Shown here: positions 14,419 through 19,116 of the stretch, piece after piece
Layout: every line of letters starts with the position of its first letter
How positions within the stretch are numbered: the stretch's first letter is position 1
Assembly (NCBI GenBank): GCA_020348445.1
Contig: CP070751.1
Location: 2,551,447 to 2,575,446 of the forward strand
Source of the DNA: Thermoplasmata archaeon
GTDB taxonomy: Archaea; Thermoplasmatota; Thermoplasmata; GCA-020350865
Length of the DNA: 24,000 nt
Direction: 5' to 3'
Notes under the pieces: generated by a model
What the model was told of the DNA's origin: nothing
Database searches by the model: none
What the model saw: the letters and a program-made list of their open reading frames with translations, nothing else
Program-made: the position numbers and the translations under genes

Positions 14419-15654
14419 CTAGCCCTCCATCTCAATAATGAACTCAGCTTGTTCTCGCTTCAGTTTGCCGTTTTCATCGACAGATGTGTATGTGGCTCTG
14501 AGTATATCACGATTTTGGATTGGTAGATCAGACAATCTACTTCCCATGATGTCTTGGCCGGGAGCTGCGATCACTGATCCATCTATGATCTTGGTGATCA
14601 AGACCGTCTCTTTCAAATCCACTCCTTCTTTTTTAAGCGATGATAACATATCAGCAAAAGTAGAATCACTCTTCATTTTAAGGCTCAATTTCACCCTTTC
14701 CTTTCCGCATACAGCACAATTCTCATCCTTGGAGATTTCCACAGGGGTGAATATCCCGTAAGAAGAGCTATATTCAAGATATGAGGGTGACATTATCTCA
14801 CCAATATTAAGGCCCGAAAGGCGGTGAAGGATTTTCAGCACCTCATGGGAGACTATAGCCGATATGACCGCATTGACAGTCAATATGGAAGGGATTTTGT
14901 TCTCTATTATATTCTCCACCTCATGGGGCATGAATTCTTCGGCCTTCGTATGCGGGGATTCCTTTGAAAGCCTGGATGCGATTTTCGCAATCATATCAAG
15001 TTCCTTGTCTGAATATTCTTTATGAATACCATGCTCTTTTACGAACTCGTCCTCAGCCTTGAGTATACACTGCTCCCGGCTTCGGGGTTCGCCTGGGATA
15101 GAACAAGCAACGTACACCTTTTCATCTGCTGGAGGTATGGGAAAGAAGCATCGAAGACAGGGAGTTGCATCTTTTAAGAGAGGATCACCTTCCGGGATTA
15201 TCACCTGGACATTTCCCTTGAAACCAGTTGCAGCTCCATCAACATATGGCTTGCACAATTCATGTGCCAACCTGTTTAAAGCGAACCTTGCGGAAAAAGA
15301 GTCCAGGCCTCCTGCAATGAGATCCACACCCTCGAATACACTCATTGGTAAATCTTGAAATTTTTGGGTATAGGTTTCGATACTAACATCCGGATTTAGA
15401 ATCTTCAGTTTTTCTTTGGCTACCTCAGCTTTGAGTCTGCCTCTATCATTGTCAGTAAAAAGCATCTGCCTCGAAAGGTTCGAGGTCTCGATAGTATCCA
15501 TGTCTATCAAAATTAGATTCCCAACACCCACTAAAGCAAGGTTCTTTGCAATCTCACAACCCAATGCCCCTATACCAACGATTAGCACATGGGAAGAAGA
15601 AATGACGTCTTGGTCCCAACCCTCAAGGGAAAGATGTCTGGCATACCTTGCCAT
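14419..15654 (-). CDS. Ubiquitin-activating enzyme E1 (ThiF/MoeB/UBA adenylation domain, UBA-type catalytic Cys segment, and a probable C-terminal ubiquitin-fold domain)
   Basis: RYARHLSL..G...Q..I....VLIVGIGALGCEIAKNLALVGVGNLILIDMDTIETSNLSRQ (GxGxxG plus SNLxRQ). Zn-site pairs CLRC and CAVC. Segment VACSIPGEPRSREQCILKA resembles the eukaryotic PxCT....P....HCI.WA catalytic Cys region; the Cys codon was checked at 15103-15105.
The preferred start is the ATG at 15654 (MARYARH), 10 nt after the Ubl stop. The ORF track start at 15741 adds 29 aa and overlaps the Ubl gene. Confidence 0.88.
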   Translation of the reverse strand: MARYARHLSLEGWDQDVISSSHVLIVGIGALGCEIAKNLALVGVGNLILIDMDTIETSNLSRQMLFTDNDRGRLKAEVAKEKLKILNPDVSIETYTQKFQDLPMSVFEGVDLIAGGLDSFSARFALNRLAHELCKPYVDGAATGFKGNVQVIIPEGDPLLKDATPCLRCFFPIPPADEKVYVACSIPGEPRSREQCILKAEDEFVKEHGIHKEYSDKELDMIAKIASRLSKESPHTKAEEFMPHEVENIIENKIPSILTVNAVISAIVSHEVLKILHRLSGLNIGEIMSPSYLEYSSSYGIFTPVEISKDENCAVCGKERVKLSLKMKSDSTFADMLSSLKKEGVDLKETVLITKIIDGSVIAAPGQDIMGSRLSDLPIQNRDILRATYTSVDENGKLKREQAEFIIEMEG

Positions 15655-15664
15655 ATCTTTTTTA

Positions 15665-15940
15665 TCACTGGAAAATCCAACCACCCGCTTGTTGAGTAAT
15701 GATGGTAATGGTATCCTTTTCAGGTTTGTGGCCCAGATCATTCAACTTCTTTGAAAACACATCATTATCGGAAATGGGCTGGCCCTTATAGATTAGCTGA
15801 ATCACCAAAGCCTGGTGAATCTTATAGGCATTTCTTAGGAGGTTCTTTGTGTCCTTGCATGATGCTTCCTTCGGCACGTTTACAGATTTCGTGCCCTGGT
15901 TTGGCGGCAAACCCATCATCCTAAACTTGTATCTTGGCAT
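15665..15940 (-). CDS. Ubiquitin-like beta-grasp modifier precursor (internal Gly-Gly followed by a 4-residue tail)
   Basis: 91 aa. The C-terminal half VIQLIYKGQPISDNDVFSKKLNDLGHKPEKDTITIITQQAGG aligns by eye with ubiquitin [37 protein letters not shown]. The GG codons at 15680-15685 are followed by WIFQ and a stop. GGTGA Shine-Dalgarno lies 6 nt upstream of the ATG. It is the first gene of the cassette. Confidence 0.8.
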   Translation of the reverse strand: MPRYKFRMMGLPPNQGTKSVNVPKEASCKDTKNLLRNAYKIHQALVIQLIYKGQPISDNDVFSKKLNDLGHKPEKDTITIITQQAGGWIFQ

Positions 15941-16074
15941 GGTCTCACCTTGATGTTGAATGGGGATAATGATAGATTAAGGTGTCGGTTGGGTGTTTTT
16001 CCCACCTATCTATTATTCTTTGGATGAGGATAAAACCGATATCTGATCGTATAAAATAAGCGGTTCTTTTGCCT
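15941..16074 (-). promoter_or_regulatory. Intergenic promoter region of the ubiquitin cassette
   Basis: The 134-nt AT-rich gap after the KaiC-like stop holds several TATA-like boxes on the minus strand: TATTTTAT at 16051-16058, AATAATAGATA near 16001-16015 and TTAATCTATCATTAT near 15966-15982. It ends with AAGGTGAGACC-ATG. The transcription start site cannot be chosen by eye. Confidence 0.35.
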
Positions 16075-16794
16075 TTAGAACTCAGTTTTCTCAGTAATAA
16101 CCCTTGTTACCTGAAACTCTCCATCACCATAAAGCAGGGTGTAATAATCTGGACTGTGGTTGGTACTCCTCATCTTAACGCATCTAATTCTTCTTTGTAT
16201 TGTAACGCCGTCCACGTTCTCCATTGTCAGGTGGATTATACCATCAGCCAGAAAATCCTCGCCGTATTTCCCGAAGTCCCTTGCACTCTGACTCATTTCT
16301 GAGATTAGGATTGTGGTTGAGTCCAGTTCCTTTAGCCATTCAAAGAGGTGGAAAAGGTCGTTTCTCGGCTCCGCAAAGTTCGCCAAAAGCTCCAAAACGG
16401 GTAAGGTGTCTAGGACCAATATATCGTAATCCATGTTCTTTTTGAGATTCTGGGCGTACATCTTGAATATTTGAGCCCAGGTCTGCTGTCCCAGTTTATC
16501 CAGATTCTTCCTAATCAGCGATAGATCCACCAAACTGATATTATCCTTCACCTCGTTGAAATTTAGTCCCATGGTTGCTATGTGATCCAGAAGACCCTCT
16601 CTGCTTTGCTCTAAAGTTATGTATGCACCTTTTAAGTTGTTCATTTGAGCGTTTTTGAATATTATGTAAAACGCTACCGAGGATTTCATGGTGCCAGGTT
16701 CACCCAAAATGAGAATATTGTGGCCCCGTGGAATCCCGCCATTCATCTTTTCATCAAATCCCTCAATATAGGTCTTGATACGCTCTTGCACCAT
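16075..16794 (-). CDS. KaiC/RadA-like RecA-superfamily ATPase (single domain) with a non-canonical P-loop
   Basis: IPRGHNILILGEPGTMKSSVAFY (Walker A with Met where the invariant Gly of GxxxxGK[ST] is expected), Walker B YDILVLD, and the KaiC-like N-terminus TYIEGFDEKMNGGIP. GGGTGA Shine-Dalgarno and a TTTTATAAG box lie upstream. Confidence 0.8.
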   Translation of the reverse strand: MVQERIKTYIEGFDEKMNGGIPRGHNILILGEPGTMKSSVAFYIIFKNAQMNNLKGAYITLEQSREGLLDHIATMGLNFNEVKDNISLVDLSLIRKNLDKLGQQTWAQIFKMYAQNLKKNMDYDILVLDTLPVLELLANFAEPRNDLFHLFEWLKELDSTTILISEMSQSARDFGKYGEDFLADGIIHLTMENVDGVTIQRRIRCVKMRSTNHSPDYYTLLYGDGEFQVTRVITEKTEF

Positions 16795-16874
16795 AGAGAA
16801 TCACCCGCGAGGTCGGTAAATTAGATAATAGCTTATAAAATTTATGCAAAAAGAATCAAATAGTAAAAGGAGGG

Positions 16875-16947
16875 GGGGATTCGAGCCGTCGTAGGTGACC
16901 TTTGCTCAATGATACTGTTATGTGGCCTCCTACTGGTTCGAATCTCC
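16875..16947. repeat. Imperfect inverted repeat or long hairpin built from tRNA T-arm-like fragments
   Basis: ggggattcgagcc (16875-16887) and ggttcgaatctcc (16935-16947) are reverse complements at 11 of 13 positions. An inner 5-bp stem pairs gtagg (16891-16895) with cctac (16929-16933). Both arms resemble the tRNA-Ser T arm (ggagattcgaactcc, 17010-17024). Confidence 0.6.
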
Positions 16948-17000
16948 ATCAATTTAACGTTGCTTTTAATCCTCAGCTCTACTTGAATAAAAATGAAAAA

Positions 17001-17116
17001 CGCTGAGGAGGAGATTCGAACTCCCGCGGTGCAGAGCACCACCGGCTATCAGGGTCTTTTTCGTTTCGTTTGAACTCTCAAGGCCGGCGCCGTAAGCCTG
17101 GCTTAGCTACCTCAGC
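17001..17116 (-). tRNA. tRNA-Ser (anticodon UGA) with a ~29-nt intron at 37/38
   Basis: Minus strand: GCTGAGG-TA-GCTAAGCCAGGCTTACGGC-G-CCGGC-CTTGAG|intron AGTTCAAACGAAACGAAAAAGACCCTGAT|A-GCCGG-TGGTGCTCTGCACCGC-GGGAG-TTCGAAT-CTCCT-CCTCAGC-G. It has the long variable arm typical of Ser. Confidence 0.85.
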
Positions 17117-17183
17117 ATTAAGCGAATCTCAGTCTGGGGGAGATAAGCCCAGGGCAAGTGGGGGCCAAAGGCCACCACGGGGA

Positions 17184-17206
17184 CCTGGCTTAGCTACCTC
17201 AGCATT
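17184..17206 (-). repeat. Exact 23-nt direct repeat of the tRNA-Ser 5' end (3 leader nt plus tRNA nt 1-20)
   Basis: cctggcttagctacctcagcatt occurs at 17097-17119 (the real tRNA 5' end) and again at 17184-17206, 87 nt upstream in the direction of transcription. Confidence 0.9.
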
Positions 17207-17222
17207 CCTGTGCACTTTCAGC

Positions 17223-17230
17223 CATATATG
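17223..17230 (-). promoter_or_regulatory. TATA-like box (CATATATG) upstream of the duplicated tRNA-Ser 5' copy
   Basis: Its centre is about 24 nt upstream of the G at 17203, which begins the duplicated copy. There is no comparable AT-rich box at that distance from the mature 5' end at 17116. Confidence 0.35.
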
Positions 17231-17304
17231 GTGGATTGTTATCAAGTTTTCGTTTTTGAAGGAGAGAACCAAAAAACATATTTTCTTAAGGAAGGATTAA
17301 AATA

Positions 17305-18951
17305 TCATTCTCTATTTCTATGAACCATTAATTTCTCAACATCCAACTCGAATGCAGAAATGGGACTCGACAGATCAAAATTAGTAATGACCTGTGGGTG
17401 CAATTCACCGAAAAATCCCAAGGTCTCATCCCCAATTTCAACAGATGCACATCTTCCTTCTATGTAACTACCCCTATAAAGCGGATTAATGGTGTAAGGA
17501 ATCCCCAAAGGCCTTAATATCCCCTCAACAAGGGATTTCACCTCAGTAAAACTGGCCTTTGGGTGTATTGAGACACCGGCCAGCTTGTACACATTATGTT
17601 CTTCTGGGACAGTTATTCCAACTTCAAAAATTTTTTGAGGAAGATCCCTGTGTCTATTGGCCTGTAGAGTTCGTAGGAGGCTAGGAAGCAAGGAAACCCT
17701 AAGGCAGCTGTGTTCCTCTGTTAGAGGGTCGTTGGCCAGGGCAACATCAATTGGCTCTACTCCCATTTTTTCGAACTGCTCCTTTATACTAGAGAGGGTG
17801 AGGGTCAGCACCTCGAAGAATCCATAGCCCACCATTATCATCCTCAATTTCCTACAAAATTCGATTATCTCCATGGGCCTTCCAAATGTCATAGCCGAGG
17901 GCAGCTCAGGCTCAAATTTCATGTAGCCATAACTAATGGCGATATCCTCCACCAAGTCGATAGGATGTAGAATATCACCCCTGTATGCTGGTACAAGGGT
18001 AGTTATTATATCACCTTTTTTCTCTGCACCAAAGCGCATCTTTTCAAGATGTGAGGCCGCTTCATCCACAGAAATATTAATGCCCAGCATAGAATTGACA
18101 TATCCCAAATCAAGGTCCATTTTCTCTGGTTCTAAGTTTGGGGTATTGATGCTCTCATCCTGATAAACAACCTCAACCTTCTCAATTTTTCCTCCCCGTT
18201 CAGCCAGTGCAGTTGCTATTATGTTCAATGCCTGGTTTACTGCATTCATGTCGGTGCCTGTTAGGTCTAAGAAGATATCCTTTGTGTCTTCGGTCACTGT
18301 AGTCAGAGTGCCATTGATTATGGGTGGAAATGAAAGGACCTCGTTGTTAGAATCTAGGATTATGGGATAGCGAGCAAAACCCTCCAATGTCCAGGCATAG
18401 TCCCGGCCTTTTTCGTGTTTTCTCAGAATCTCCTCCAAATCCATGGTCTCATTCTTTCCGAGGGGTACGAACTGGATGCTCTCAGGATCAACAGCCTTAT
18501 AGGTGAATGGCGGGGTGATATCCCGATAGTCGTGGACCCCTATTGCCATCTTGGCTCTCTTTCTTCCCAAAGTGAGGTGCAGTTTCTCCTGCATATCCAT
18601 TAAGGATGTAATAAAAAAGTCTGTCATGGTTACGTCGCGAACAAGGCCGCTTACAATATAGGGTCTCACCTCATTTACAGTTGGATCAACTATGAGCTTG
18701 ACATCAGACTCACCAATTGGATACTTCTTGAGTCCGGTCTCTAGTTCCAGATATCCTCTTAATGCTCTGGCCACTCCTTCCACAGAATATAAATCTGGCC
18801 TGTCAGGAAAGAATTCGATATCCATCTGCGTGTAATCTATCCTCCCAATATCGGCACCCATCATCGGGATGATTTCCTGGAGCTTCTCCATCTCGATTTT
18901 GGTGCCGAGAAGGTCTATTAGATCGTCGTATTCGATGGATATCACTGGCAT
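17305..18951 (-). CDS. pheT: Phenylalanine--tRNA ligase beta subunit, archaeal type
   Basis: 548 aa. The N-terminus MPVISIEYDDLIDLLG is typical of archaeal PheT. B3/4- and B5-like regions are followed by a C-terminal catalytic-like fold. No Shine-Dalgarno sequence, but an AT-rich box lies about 35 nt upstream, so the mRNA may be leaderless. Confidence 0.92.
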   Translation of the reverse strand: MPVISIEYDDLIDLLGTKIEMEKLQEIIPMMGADIGRIDYTQMDIEFFPDRPDLYSVEGVARALRGYLELETGLKKYPIGESDVKLIVDPTVNEVRPYIVSGLVRDVTMTDFFITSLMDMQEKLHLTLGRKRAKMAIGVHDYRDITPPFTYKAVDPESIQFVPLGKNETMDLEEILRKHEKGRDYAWTLEGFARYPIILDSNNEVLSFPPIINGTLTTVTEDTKDIFLDLTGTDMNAVNQALNIIATALAERGGKIEKVEVVYQDESINTPNLEPEKMDLDLGYVNSMLGINISVDEAASHLEKMRFGAEKKGDIITTLVPAYRGDILHPIDLVEDIAISYGYMKFEPELPSAMTFGRPMEIIEFCRKLRMIMVGYGFFEVLTLTLSSIKEQFEKMGVEPIDVALANDPLTEEHSCLRVSLLPSLLRTLQANRHRDLPQKIFEVGITVPEEHNVYKLAGVSIHPKASFTEVKSLVEGILRPLGIPYTINPLYRGSYIEGRCASVEIGDETLGFFGELHPQVITNFDLSSPISAFELDVEKLMVHRNRE

Positions 18952-19116
18952 TAATATCGGATAAGGAAAAGGCTTGATGGTATATTTTTGTTTTGATTAA
19001 GGGCTTTAATCTTCAGAAACAAGGGAATAACTCCTCATTCCCCCAATTTTTAAATATTTTAAATGTGTTAATCATATAGGTCTTATAAAACCCAAACTCT
19101 ACGGGGAGGTAATTCT

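Noticed and set aside
14000-14422. 140-aa plus-strand ORF antisense to the E2 gene, with similar antisense ORFs in E1 at 14438..14761, 15059..15358 and 15416..15754
   Set aside because: The opposite strand carries unmistakable UBC and E1 motifs. These antisense ORFs have no motifs and no start signals.
15655-15741. A 29-aa N-terminal extension of E1, from the ORF-track start at 15741
   Set aside because: It would overlap the Ubl gene by 77 nt in another frame and has no Shine-Dalgarno sequence. E1/ThiF-family proteins normally begin close to the RYxRxxxL segment, which here follows the ATG at 15654.
10522-16794. A bacterial-style anti-phage ubiquitin-like defence island (Bil or CBASS Cap2/Cap3 type)
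   Set aside because: The gene set superficially matches (Ubl, E1, E2, JAB). However, E1 and E2 are separate and eukaryote-like, a RING/RWD protein is present, and no CD-NTase, effector or other defence gene is nearby. The flanks are housekeeping genes and tRNAs. A defence role is not excluded, but nothing visible supports it.
17117-17206. An integrated mobile element bounded by tRNA-Ser direct repeats (attL/attR)
   Set aside because: The 23-nt repeats are only 87 nt apart, with no integrase or any ORF between them. At most this is a scar of a past event. It is reported as a finding, not called as a mobile element.
17070-17300. 76-aa plus-strand ORF, together with the 66-aa minus-strand ORF at 16842..17042
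   Set aside because: Both overlap tRNA-Ser and its duplicated fragments. Their Gly/Arg/Pro-rich or low-complexity translations are artefacts of tRNA-like sequence.
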